20,134 bases of DNA from Candidatus Ratteibacteria bacterium (GCA_046296715.1 JBKBIN010000023.1:1-20134), one strand, 5' to 3'. Counted from the first letter of the stretch, positions 8,133-17,405 are shown. Made by a program: numbers and translations. The notes: generated by a model not told the origin, from the sequence alone.

Positions 8133-9552
8133 AATCTATATGAATTATGATAGAGTTGTTTTGAGAATTGTTATAGAAAAAGATGGAAAAATAGAAAATC
8201 TTTTTATAAGTAAACCTCATTTTGAACCTGAAATAGGTAATATATATAAGGGTAAAGTAGAAAAATTTTTACAAGGACTTAATTCTGCTTTCATTAATAT
8301 TGGAGAAATGAAAAGTGGTTTTTTACAATTAAATAAATCTGAATTTTATCTTTCAACAGAAGAAGATGAAGAAATTAGAAGTAATCAAATTTTAAAAGAA
8401 GGAAAAGAAATTTTAGTTCAGATCTGTAGACCTGGAGAAAATGAAAAGTCACCTAAGGTTACCGAAAATATTATGTTTCCTGGTAGATTTTTTGTTTTAA
8501 TTCCTAATTTAAAAATTCAAAAAATTTCAAAAAAGATTGAAGATAAAAATGAAAGAAAAAGGTTGATGAAGATTTTTAAAAGGGCGATTGGTGAAAAATT
8601 TGGGTTTATTATTAGAACTGCGGCAATAAATAAAAAAGATTTCTATATTTATCGTGAAATAGAACATCTTCTGAATATATGGAGAAGAATAAAAAGGGAT
8701 TATAAAAGGAAAAGTGCTCCTTGTCTTTTATGGAAAGAACTACCTTTATATCTCAAAGTTTTGAGAGACTATATTGATGAAAATTGTGAATTTGTTGAAG
8801 TAGACGATGAAGAGGTTTTCAGAGAAGTTATAAAATATACAAATTTATTTATTCCTGAATTAAAAGGAAGAGTTTATCTCTATAGAGATAGAATTCCAAT
8901 CTTTATAAAATATGGATTTGAAGAAGAATTTGAAAGTTTTTTTTCACAGACAGTTTTTCTTCCATCAGGCGGATATTTAATAATTGAAAAAGGACAAACT
9001 TTAACAACGATAGATGTAAATTCAGGTAGTTTAGAAATGGGAGATTTTGAACAAACTGCATTTAAAACAAATATGGAAGCAGCAGATGAAATTCCAAGAC
9101 AAATTAGATGTAGAAATCTGTCTGGATTGATTATTATTGATTTCATTGATATAAAAAAAGAACTTAAGAAAAAGATTTTTGAAAGATTTATTGAAAATTT
9201 AAAGCAAGATAAATCAAAAATAAATGTATTGTTTATTTCTAAACTTGGTCTTGTTGAAATGACGAGAGAAAGGAACGATTACTCAATTTATAATTTATTA
9301 TTAAAAGAATGTTCTTTCTGTGGAGGTTCTGGTATAGAAGAAGGACAAGAAATTGCTTATTTTCGTCTAAGAAAAAAAATTTTTGAAATTTTTTTAAATA
9401 AAACATATAATGAAAAAATTGAAGTTGAAATTTCACAAGGATTATATGAGTTTATCTTTAAAAACCAATTGTTTAAAAATTTTTCATTTTTTGATAGAAT
9501 AAAATTTAGAGTAAATACTCAATTTAAAAAAAATGAGTTTAGGATATTTTGA
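8119..9552 (+). CDS. rng: Rne/Rng family ribonuclease (RNase G-sized)
   Basis: S1 domain GNIYKGKV..SAFINIG; IIRTAA; catalytic IDVNSG and GLIIIDFID; GLVEMTR; Zn-link CSFCGGSG. Start is ATG 8119 or TTG 8113. Confidence 0.9.
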   Translation: MRKYRIYMNYDRVVLRIVIEKDGKIENLFISKPHFEPEIGNIYKGKVEKFLQGLNSAFINIGEMKSGFLQLNKSEFYLSTEEDEEIRSNQILKEGKEILVQICRPGENEKSPKVTENIMFPGRFFVLIPNLKIQKISKKIEDKNERKRLMKIFKRAIGEKFGFIIRTAAINKKDFYIYREIEHLLNIWRRIKRDYKRKSAPCLLWKELPLYLKVLRDYIDENCEFVEVDDEEVFREVIKYTNLFIPELKGRVYLYRDRIPIFIKYGFEEEFESFFSQTVFLPSGGYLIIEKGQTLTTIDVNSGSLEMGDFEQTAFKTNMEAADEIPRQIRCRNLSGLIIIDFIDIKKELKKKIFERFIENLKQDKSKINVLFISKLGLVEMTRERNDYSIYNLLLKECSFCGGSGIEEGQEIAYFRLRKKIFEIFLNKTYNEKIEVEISQGLYEFIFKNQLFKNFSFFDRIKFRVNTQFKKNEFRIF

Positions 9553-9570
9553 GATTTAAGGAGGTTTAAA

Positions 9571-10338
9571 ATGGCTTTACATTTAAAAATAGAAGAAAAA
9601 GAGGGTTATCAAAAAATTTTATCTCCTGAAAATTCTGATTTAAAACTTTTATCTTTCTCTATGATTAAAAAAGAAGAAGGAGTTTATGAAGGAAACACAG
9701 AAAAAGAAGAAAAAGTTTTTGTAATAACAGAAGGAAAATGTAAGTTTTATGTTGAAAAAAATTTAATAGGAACTATGAAAAGGAAAAATGTTTTTGAAGA
9801 ACCGCCAATGGCTGTTTATCTACCACCTTATTATGAATACAAAATAGAATTTGAGAAAAAAACAGAGATTTGTATAGTTGGTTGCCCTGGGAAAGGAATA
9901 GGAAAACCTAAATTTCTTAATTCAAAAGATATAAAGTTTAGAAGAGTAGGAGAAGAAACATATTTCAGAAATATAGCAGATATAATAACAGAGACCTTTG
10001 TGGCTGAAAAATTACTTGTCGGAGAAACAATAAATGATCCTGGAAACTGGTCAAGTTATCCACCACACAAACATGATACAAATAATCCACCAGAAGAATA
10101 TCAACTTGAAGAACTTTACTTTTTTAAAATATTCCCTCCAAAGGGCTTTGGTATTATAAGAATTTTTGATGATACTGAGGATAATTTATTCTTAATAAAA
10201 AATAATGAAATTGTTACAATTCCTAAAGGATATCATCCAGTTGGAGTTATTCCAAAGCATCAAATATATTATCTTTGGGCACTTGCTGGAGAGAAAAGAA
10301 TTTTAAAACCATATAATCATCAAGATTTTAATTTTTAA
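9571..10338 (+). CDS. iolB: 5-deoxy-glucuronate isomerase (IolB/KduI cupin family)
   Basis: [33 protein letters not shown] motifs; SD AAGGAGGT 9558-9565. Confidence 0.88.
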   Translation: MALHLKIEEKEGYQKILSPENSDLKLLSFSMIKKEEGVYEGNTEKEEKVFVITEGKCKFYVEKNLIGTMKRKNVFEEPPMAVYLPPYYEYKIEFEKKTEICIVGCPGKGIGKPKFLNSKDIKFRRVGEETYFRNIADIITETFVAEKLLVGETINDPGNWSSYPPHKHDTNNPPEEYQLEELYFFKIFPPKGFGIIRIFDDTEDNLFLIKNNEIVTIPKGYHPVGVIPKHQIYYLWALAGEKRILKPYNHQDFNF

Positions 10339-10352
10339 AAAAGGAGAAAGGC

Positions 10353-10895
10353 ATGGTTCCTAAAAAAGTTTTTTTGACAAAAGGGGTTGGTAAAGATAAA
10401 GAAAAATTGACAAGTTTTGAAAAAGCATTAAGAGATGCAGGGATTGCTCAATTTAATCTTGTTTCTATTTCAAGTATATTTCCACCTGGTTGTAAATTAA
10501 TATCTAAAAAAGAAGGTCTTAAATTACTAAAACCAGGGCAGATTCTTTACACTGTGATAAGTAGAAATTCAACTAATGAACCACATCGTCTCATAACTGC
10601 TTCTGTTGGGATTGCAATTCCAAAAGACCCAAATCAGTATGGATATCTTTCTGAACACGAAGGATTTGGAGAGACAGAGGAAAAAGCAGGTGATTATGCA
10701 GAAGACCTTGCTGCAACCATGCTTGCTACAATTTTAGGACTTGAATTTGATCCAGAGTCATCTTATGACGAGAAAAAGGAAATATGGAAGATGTCAGGAA
10801 GGATCATTAAAACAACAAATATAACTCAATCAGCAATCGGTGATAAAAATGGTTTATGGACGACTGTTGTTGCTGCGGCTGTTTTTATTTTATAA
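10353..10895 (+). CDS. pdaD: pyruvoyl-dependent arginine decarboxylase
   Basis: PKKVFLT.G.G, SFE.ALRDAGI..FNLV.ISSI.PP (Ser-Ser self-cleavage site), [23 protein letters not shown] 10341-10346. Confidence 0.92.
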   Translation: MVPKKVFLTKGVGKDKEKLTSFEKALRDAGIAQFNLVSISSIFPPGCKLISKKEGLKLLKPGQILYTVISRNSTNEPHRLITASVGIAIPKDPNQYGYLSEHEGFGETEEKAGDYAEDLAATMLATILGLEFDPESSYDEKKEIWKMSGRIIKTTNITQSAIGDKNGLWTTVVAAAVFIL

Positions 10896-10906
10896 AAAGA
10901 GGGAAT

Positions 10907-12139
10907 ATGGGAATTAAAAAAGATAATGAAATAATAAAAAAACTTGCTGAAAAACTTAAAGAGATAACAACTCGTTTTGATCAGAAAGAAAAAATAGAAA
11001 TTTGGAAAAAACACAATAATCTTGAAAGAGTTAGACCCCTTATATTAATTTTTCCAGAGGGAAGTTGGAGAGAAATTTTACCTGATAGTCAAATTTTATG
11101 TAGTGATTCTTATTTAAGAGGAATTGAGAGAGATTTAAGACAGAGGATTTATTATTTTGAAAATATAAAGGATGATTGCGTAATTGACGATAAAGTATAT
11201 AGTCCAATTGTAATAAGAAATACAGGTTTTGGAGTTGAGGTAAAAGATATAAAACCAGAATTTGCTTATGGAGCAAAATATTACCAACCTGTCATAAAAG
11301 AAGAAAAAGATATAGAAAAATTAAAAAAACCCGAAATTACTATTGACTGGCAAGAGACAGAAAGATTATATCAAAAGACATGTGAAGCGGTTGATGGTGT
11401 TCTGAATGTTGAAAAAAGAGGACCTTCTCATCCATGGTTTGCTCCGATTGACTGGTTTATAACTATCAGAGGTATAAATAACTTTTTTATGGATATGGTT
11501 GATAGACCTTTGTGGCTTCATAGAGTTTTAAATTTTATTACAGAATGTAAAATAGAAGAATGGGAGTTTTATGAAAAAAACAATGTTTTATCTTTGAATA
11601 ACGGTCCACATTATGTTGGTTCAGGTGGATTTGGTTTTACAGACCAATTGCCACAAGTTGATTTTGATGGAGTTCATATAAGAATCAAAGATTTATGGGG
11701 ACATGCAACAACTCAAATTTTTTCGCTTGTTTCTCCAAGTATGCATGAAGAATTTGCACTGAAATATGAAGGAAGATTTTTAAGTAAATTTGGTCTTAAC
11801 TGTTATGGTTGTTGTGAACCGCTTGATAAAAAAATTGATATAATTTTCAAACACATCCCAAGATTAAGAAGGATATCAATGAGTCCATGGGTAGATGTTG
11901 GAAAAGCGGCAGAAAAACTTGGTAAAAGAGCAATATTTTCTTGGAAACCAAACCCTTCTTTTATGGCTTCTGATGCATGGGAGGAGGATTATATAAGAAA
12001 AACAATTAAAGAAGGACTTGAAAAAACAAAAAACTGTGTGGTTGAAGTAATACTTAAAGATATTCATACCTGCAGAAATAAACCTGAAAGAATATCAAAC
12101 TGGGTTAAAATTGCAAAAGAGATAGCAGAGAGATTTTAA
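10907..12139 (+). CDS. uroporphyrinogen decarboxylase / cobamide methyltransferase-like TIM-barrel protein of unknown function
   Basis: RG..NFFMDM.D.P, VSP.MH.EF, YGCCEPL, LRRIS.SPW, FSWKPNP, ILKD.HT; start set at ATG 10907 after GAGGG. Confidence 0.6.
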   Translation: MGIKKDNEIIKKLAEKLKEITTRFDQKEKIEIWKKHNNLERVRPLILIFPEGSWREILPDSQILCSDSYLRGIERDLRQRIYYFENIKDDCVIDDKVYSPIVIRNTGFGVEVKDIKPEFAYGAKYYQPVIKEEKDIEKLKKPEITIDWQETERLYQKTCEAVDGVLNVEKRGPSHPWFAPIDWFITIRGINNFFMDMVDRPLWLHRVLNFITECKIEEWEFYEKNNVLSLNNGPHYVGSGGFGFTDQLPQVDFDGVHIRIKDLWGHATTQIFSLVSPSMHEEFALKYEGRFLSKFGLNCYGCCEPLDKKIDIIFKHIPRLRRISMSPWVDVGKAAEKLGKRAIFSWKPNPSFMASDAWEEDYIRKTIKEGLEKTKNCVVEVILKDIHTCRNKPERISNWVKIAKEIAERF

Positions 12140-12934
12140 ATGACAAAACAAATTCCAATTTGGGACGAAATTTCAAGCAAACAGGCAAAATTAAAAAAAG
12201 AAGATATACCAACAATCACTCCTTATTTAGTTAAAGGGAAAAAAAATAATTCCTGTGTAGTTGTTTTTCCAGGTGGTGGTTATGTAACAAGAGCACCTCA
12301 TGAAAGAGAGCCGATTGCTTTATGGTTGAATAAATTAGGTATTTCTTCTTTTATTTTAGATTATCGTGTTTCCCCTTATAAATATCCTGTTCCATTCCTT
12401 GATGCTAAAAGGAGTATAAAATTTATAAGATATAATGCAGAAAAATTTAATATTGACCCTGATAGAATAGGGATTATTGGTTTTTCTGCTGGAGGGCATC
12501 TTGCTTCTCTTGTTGGTGTTCATTTTGATTATGGACAAGAAAAGACAGAAGATCCTATTGAAAAAGTTTCATCAAGACCAAATTTGTTGATTCTATGTTA
12601 TCCAGTAATTTCATTTGTTAACCATCCTCATCAAGGTTGTATCAAAAATTTACTTGGAGATAATTCATCAAAAGAAATTCTTGAATATTTATCATCTGAA
12701 AAAAATGTAAAAAAAGATACACCTCCTTGTTTTATATGGCATACCCAGAATGATAAAGTTGTTCCTGTTTTTCACAGTATTGTTTTTTCTTTATCTTTAA
12801 AAGAAAAAAACATTGATTTTCAACTTCACATTTTTAACAATGGGCCACATGGACTTGGTCTTGCTGAAAACAATCCTTCTGTTTCTAAATGGACTTTATT
12901 ATGTGAGAACTGGTTAAAAGAAAATAATTTTTAA
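12140..12934 (+). CDS. alpha/beta hydrolase, acetylesterase-like (BD-FAE / xylan esterase type)
   Basis: Oxyanion motif PGGGY, nucleophile GFSAGG, YPVIS, acid D in QNDKVV, His in GPHGLG; no signal peptide. Confidence 0.85.
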   Translation: MTKQIPIWDEISSKQAKLKKEDIPTITPYLVKGKKNNSCVVVFPGGGYVTRAPHEREPIALWLNKLGISSFILDYRVSPYKYPVPFLDAKRSIKFIRYNAEKFNIDPDRIGIIGFSAGGHLASLVGVHFDYGQEKTEDPIEKVSSRPNLLILCYPVISFVNHPHQGCIKNLLGDNSSKEILEYLSSEKNVKKDTPPCFIWHTQNDKVVPVFHSIVFSLSLKEKNIDFQLHIFNNGPHGLGLAENNPSVSKWTLLCENWLKENNF

Positions 12935-12948
12935 AAAGGAGTTTTAAT

Positions 12949-14238
12949 ATGAAAATTACAATAATTGGAGCAGGAAGTTTAGGTTTTACAAAGAGGTTTA
13001 TTTTAGATATTTTGAGTTTTCCAAATTTAAGGAATCTTACAGTTGCTTTAAATGATATTGATGAAGAAAGGTTGAATTTAATAACAAAATGGACAAATAG
13101 GTTGAAAAGACAAGAGAATTTAAATATAGAAATCTTATCCTCAACAGATAGAAAAGATATTATGGCTGATTCTAATTATATCATAAATACAATCAGGGTA
13201 GGTGGACTTGAAGCATTTGAACTTGATGTTTCTATCCCAAGGAAATATGGAGTTCATCAAGCAGTTGGTGATACTGTTGGTCCTGGTGGTGTATTTTATG
13301 CTTTAAGAACAATTCCAGTTTTACTTGAAATTTCAGAGGATATAAGAAAGTTATGTCCTTTAAGTTGGTTTTTAAATTACACAAATCCAATGGCAATGAA
13401 TACCTGGGCAATGATAAAGTATGGACATAAAAAAGTAATTGGTCTTTGTCATAGTATTCAGGGAACTGCATGGCAACTTTCAAATTATATAGGTGTTCCA
13501 TTTGAAGATGTCTATTATTGGGCTGCTGGTATAAATCATATGTCCTGGTTTTTAGAGTTTAAGAGAAATGGAGACGACCTTTATCCACAATTATTTCAAG
13601 CAATGCAAAATCCAGAGATTTACAAAAAAGATCCAGTAAGATTTGAAATAATGAAATATTTTGGATACTTTGTAAGTGAATCAAGTTTTCATATGGCTGA
13701 ATATGTCCCTTATTTTAATAAGAAAAAAGAGTTGATAGATAAATTTAATACCCATGGTTGGATATACCTTGATGTTTGTAAAAGTTCATATGACCCTGCT
13801 ACAGAAAAATTAAAAAGAGAAGCCGAAGGAAAAGAAAAGATTGAAATAAAAAGAAGTAATGAGTATTGTGCATATATAATAAACGCTCTTGAAACAGGAG
13901 AAACTTTCAGGTTTAATGGAAATGTTATAAATGATGGATTAATTGATAATTTGCCCTATGGATGTTGTGTTGAAGTTCCATGTTATGCAGAAAAAGGGAA
14001 TATAAGACCTGCTAAAATAGGAAATTTACCAGTTCAATGTGCTGCTTTGAATAGATTGAATATAAATGTTCAGGAATTAGCAGTTGAAGCAGCAGTTAAA
14101 AGAAAAAGGTCGCTTGTATATCAGGCAGTTGCACTTGATCCATTGACAGGAGCAGTTTTATCTCTTGAAGAAATAAAAAAGATGGTTGATGAAATGTTTG
14201 AGAAAGAAAAAGAATATTTATCAGAATTTTTTGATTAA
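12949..14238 (+). CDS. GH4 NAD+/Mn2+-dependent glycosidase (alpha-galactosidase MelA-like)
   Basis: KITIIGAGS..F, IRVGG, GDTVGPGG, NYTNPM, GLCHS, GINH, I.NLP...VEVP; SD AAGGAG 12936-12941. Confidence 0.92.
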   Translation: MKITIIGAGSLGFTKRFILDILSFPNLRNLTVALNDIDEERLNLITKWTNRLKRQENLNIEILSSTDRKDIMADSNYIINTIRVGGLEAFELDVSIPRKYGVHQAVGDTVGPGGVFYALRTIPVLLEISEDIRKLCPLSWFLNYTNPMAMNTWAMIKYGHKKVIGLCHSIQGTAWQLSNYIGVPFEDVYYWAAGINHMSWFLEFKRNGDDLYPQLFQAMQNPEIYKKDPVRFEIMKYFGYFVSESSFHMAEYVPYFNKKKELIDKFNTHGWIYLDVCKSSYDPATEKLKREAEGKEKIEIKRSNEYCAYIINALETGETFRFNGNVINDGLIDNLPYGCCVEVPCYAEKGNIRPAKIGNLPVQCAALNRLNINVQELAVEAAVKRKRSLVYQAVALDPLTGAVLSLEEIKKMVDEMFEKEKEYLSEFFD

Positions 14239-14240
14239 AA

Positions 14241-14711
14241 ATGTTTAAAACTGGGATTGGTTTTGATATCCATAAATTTAAAAAAGGTAGAAAATTCATA
14301 TTGGGCGGAGTTGAAATCCCTTATAATAAAGGACTTTCTGGACACAGTGATGGTGATGTTTTAATTCATTCAATTTCTGATGCTATTCTTGGAGCACTTG
14401 GAAGACCTGATATTGGTTATTATTTTCCAGATACTGATGAAAAAATAAAAGGGATTGATAGTAGAAAGATTTTGGAAAAAGTTTTGGAGTTTTTAAAAGA
14501 AGATGGATATAAAATAGTTAATATTGACAATGTAATTATTTGTGAGAAACCAAAAATTTTACCCTATGCTGATAAAATAAAAACAAATCTATCAATTATA
14601 ATTGAAATAGAAAAAGAGAAAATTGGTTTAAAAAGCAAAACTACAGAGGGCATAGACAAAGGAAATTATTGTGCTTGCCTCTCACTTGTTTTAATAGGAA
14701 AACTATTATAA
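14241..14711 (+). CDS. ispF: 2-C-methyl-D-erythritol 2,4-cyclodiphosphate synthase
   Basis: GIGFDIH, LGGV.IP, GHSDGDV..H...DA.LGA....DIG..FPDTD, N.D, K.KTTE. Confidence 0.95.
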   Translation: MFKTGIGFDIHKFKKGRKFILGGVEIPYNKGLSGHSDGDVLIHSISDAILGALGRPDIGYYFPDTDEKIKGIDSRKILEKVLEFLKEDGYKIVNIDNVIICEKPKILPYADKIKTNLSIIIEIEKEKIGLKSKTTEGIDKGNYCACLSLVLIGKLL

Positions 14712-14715
14712 AAAA

Positions 14716-15456
14716 TTAAAAGATGAGTTTTAAAGCAGAGATGAAAGCAAGAAATTGGACTAAATTATTAAATATTTTTTGAGGGATTTTTTTCAAGAAA
14801 AAAATTCCGAGTAAGGCACCAACAGTTATTCCTGGAATTAATAAAAAATTAAGTTTTAATGAATGTATATTTATTAAGCCGAGTTTGACAGAAAAAGGAA
14901 CTTTAAACCAGTTTAAAATAAAAAAATACCAAGCACCAGTTCCAACAAATTCTGCTTTCGGAAGTTTCATAGCAAGTAAATAAATTATTAAAAAAGGTCC
15001 TGCTGCATTTGCCATCATAGTTGTAATGCCAGCAAAAAGTCCTATAAGTGGAGCAAAATATATATTTTCTGGTATTTTTATTTCCTTTTTGTTCCAGTAC
15101 CAATTAAGGAAAAGAATTGTAATTATTATAATTCCGATAAATTTTGATAGTTGTTGATCGTTTATCTTCCCCATAAGAAAATAACCAACTATTACTCCAA
15201 ATGAAGCAAAAGGTAAAAGACGAATAATATATTTCCATATAGCCCTTTTTCTGTAATAAGTTACTGCAAAGATATCACCAATTATAAGTAGTGGTAAAAT
15301 TATCCCAGTTGATGCCTTCGCAGGTAAAATCATCGCAGTTAAAGGAATTGCGAGAATCCCAACTCCAGGGACTCCTGTTTTAGAAACGCCAATTAAAAAA
15401 GCATAAATTTCAAGAAGACATACTTTAAAAAAATTCAATTGATAAATATTTTCCAT
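14716..15456 (-). CDS. TauE/SafE (DUF81) family membrane exporter
   Basis: GVSKTG.PG, LPLLI.GD, G.TTMMANAAGP, F.GT.AW.FF..N..KVP. Start moved to ATG 15456 because the longer ORF overlaps the divergent gene. Confidence 0.85.
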   Translation of the reverse strand: MENIYQLNFFKVCLLEIYAFLIGVSKTGVPGVGILAIPLTAMILPAKASTGIILPLLIIGDIFAVTYYRKRAIWKYIIRLLPFASFGVIVGYFLMGKINDQQLSKFIGIIIITILFLNWYWNKKEIKIPENIYFAPLIGLFAGITTMMANAAGPFLIIYLLAMKLPKAEFVGTGAWYFFILNWFKVPFSVKLGLINIHSLKLNFLLIPGITVGALLGIFFLKKIPQKIFNNLVQFLAFISALKLIF

Positions 15457-15500
15457 TTTAAAGCATATTTTGACATATTTTTCGGATTTGGTAAACTTTA
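15457..15500. promoter_or_regulatory. compact divergent promoter region
   Basis: Plus strand: TTGACA 15470-15475, 16 bp, TAAACT 15492-15497 preceded by TGn. Minus strand: TATGCT (15467-15462) 5 nt before ATG 15456. Direct repeat CATATTTT at 15464 and 15474. Confidence 0.55.
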
Positions 15501-17351
15501 ATGAAAATGAGATGGAGATTTTTTTTAATTTTTCTTTTATGTTTAGGGAGGGCAACAATGACAGAAAATATTGATTGGATGGGTTATTTGAAAAAGGGAA
15601 GACCAAGATTGATTTTAAATGAAGAACTTTTAATTAATATAAAAAATTCAATAGAAAAAAACAATGATTTCAGAAACATCTATCTAAAAATTAAAGAAAA
15701 TGCTGATAAGATTTTAAATGAACCTGTATCAAAATATGAAATTCCAGATGGATTGAGGTTGTTAAAAGTTTCAAAAGAAGTTTTGAATAGAACATATATC
15801 CTTTCTTTTGTTTATCAAATTGAGAAAGATGAAAGATATATAAAAAGGTTATGGGAAGAGATATTATCTGCTTCAAATTTTCCAGATTGGAATCCAAAGC
15901 ATTTCCTTGATACAGCAGAGATGTCCCATGCTTTTGCAATCGCATATGATTGGAATTTTAATTACTGGAATGAGGAACAGAAGAGAATAATAAGAGAATC
16001 TGTTTTAAATAAATCTTTAAAGGAAGCACTTGATTGTTATGAAGGTAGGTCAAAGTATGGTTGGTGGGTAAAATCTAAACATAATTGGAATCAGGTTTGT
16101 AATGGCGGGATTGGAATAGCAGCAATTTGTTTTTTAGATGAATATACAGAGATATGTTCAAAAATTTTAGATTACATTTTAAAATCACTTCCTCTTGCAA
16201 TGAAAGAATTTGCTCCAGATGGGGCTTGGGGAGAAGGAGTTGGTTATTGGGCATATGCGACTGAATATAATTTTATTTTTCTTGCATATCTTGAAAATTG
16301 TATAAAGTTTAATTTTGATTTTTGGGGATATGAAGGAGTTTCTGAGACAGGTCTTTTCCCAATCTATATGACAGGACCTATTGGCAAAACATTTAACTTT
16401 GCAGATTGTAGTGAAAATCCTGTTCGTTCAACACAAATGTTGTATTTAACAAAGAAGTTTAAAAATCCAGTATTTGCATGGTATTCATTTAAATATCCGA
16501 GATATCATCCACTTGATTTAATCTGGTATGAAAATTTTATAAGTCCGAAGGAAGCGAATTTGCCACTTGATAAATATTTTAGATATGTTGAGGTTGTATC
16601 AATGAGAAGTGGATGGAACAAAGATGATTTATATGTTGGTTTTAAAGGAGGCAGAAATAATTTCAATCATTCACATCTTGATTTAGGTAGTTTTGTTTTT
16701 GATGCTTTAGGCCACAGATGGGTTATTGATTTAGGCCGAGATAATTATAACCTACCTGGTTACTTTGGGAAAAATAGGTGGGATTATTATAGATTAAGGG
16801 CTGAAGGACATAATACAATAGTAATAAATCCAGATAAAGGACCAGACCAACAGCCGGATGGAGTTTCAAATATAAAAAAATTTGTTTCTAAAAACGATTA
16901 TTCTTTTGCTATTGCTGATTTAACAGATGCTTATAGAAAATACAGTAAAGATATTAAAAGAGGAATTTTGATGAATAAGAAAGACAGATATTTAATTGTT
17001 CAAGATGAGATTGAATTAAAAGAGAAAGGAGAGATATGGTGGTTTTTACATACATTTTGTGATATAGAATTGAAGAATAAAGGGAAAGAAGCAATTTTAA
17101 AGCAAAAAGAGACAAACTTAATTGTAAGAATAATAGAACCTGAAAATATAAAGTTTTTAATTCTTCCTGCAAAACCACTTTCAAATTGTCCAAATCCAGA
17201 AGGGCAAAATCCAAATGAAGGAGTGAAAAAACTTGCTTTAAATATAAAGGATACTGATAAGATAACCATTTCTATTCTTTTAAAACCTTATTTAACAGAA
17301 GAAGAAATAAAAAGCATCCCTAATTTCAAACATCTAAAGGACTGGAATTGA
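15501..17351 (+). CDS. heparinase II/III-like polysaccharide lyase-fold protein
   Basis: RPRL, FPDWNPKHFLDTAEM, HNWNQVCNGG, PDGAW.EG..YW.Y, FNFAD, H.HLD.GSF, HNT; possible starts 15501/15507 (signal-like leader) and 15558 (SD-led). Confidence 0.8.
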   Translation: MKMRWRFFLIFLLCLGRATMTENIDWMGYLKKGRPRLILNEELLINIKNSIEKNNDFRNIYLKIKENADKILNEPVSKYEIPDGLRLLKVSKEVLNRTYILSFVYQIEKDERYIKRLWEEILSASNFPDWNPKHFLDTAEMSHAFAIAYDWNFNYWNEEQKRIIRESVLNKSLKEALDCYEGRSKYGWWVKSKHNWNQVCNGGIGIAAICFLDEYTEICSKILDYILKSLPLAMKEFAPDGAWGEGVGYWAYATEYNFIFLAYLENCIKFNFDFWGYEGVSETGLFPIYMTGPIGKTFNFADCSENPVRSTQMLYLTKKFKNPVFAWYSFKYPRYHPLDLIWYENFISPKEANLPLDKYFRYVEVVSMRSGWNKDDLYVGFKGGRNNFNHSHLDLGSFVFDALGHRWVIDLGRDNYNLPGYFGKNRWDYYRLRAEGHNTIVINPDKGPDQQPDGVSNIKKFVSKNDYSFAIADLTDAYRKYSKDIKRGILMNKKDRYLIVQDEIELKEKGEIWWFLHTFCDIELKNKGKEAILKQKETNLIVRIIEPENIKFLILPAKPLSNCPNPEGQNPNEGVKKLALNIKDTDKITISILLKPYLTEEEIKSIPNFKHLKDWN

Positions 17352-17356
17352 AATAT

Positions 17357-17385
17357 TTTACAAATTCTTTAAAAAAATATAAAAT
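17357..17385 (+). promoter_or_regulatory. sigma70-type promoter for the DHS-like gene and xylanase
   Basis: TTTACA 17357-17362, 17 bp, TAAAAT 17380-17385; SD AAGGAG 17395-17400. Confidence 0.6.
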
Positions 17386-17405
17386 AATTTGGGAAAGGAG
17401 TTGAT

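Noticed and set aside
10856..10906. Cys-rich N-terminal extension MDDCCCCGC on the URO-D-like ORF
   Set aside because: It is the alternate-frame reading of the GTT/GCT codons at the end of pdaD; an SD-like GAGGG precedes ATG 10907
15457..15606. 50-aa N-terminal extension of the TauE ORF
   Set aside because: It overlaps the divergent lyase start and promoter; family similarity begins after Met 15456
817..17269. Short antisense and alternate-frame ORFs of 60-98 aa (e.g. 817-1113, 1193-1411, 4083-4313, 8880-9146, 14903-15103, 17000-17269)
   Set aside because: All are nested within well-supported genes, have F/I/S/L-biased shadow composition and show no motifs
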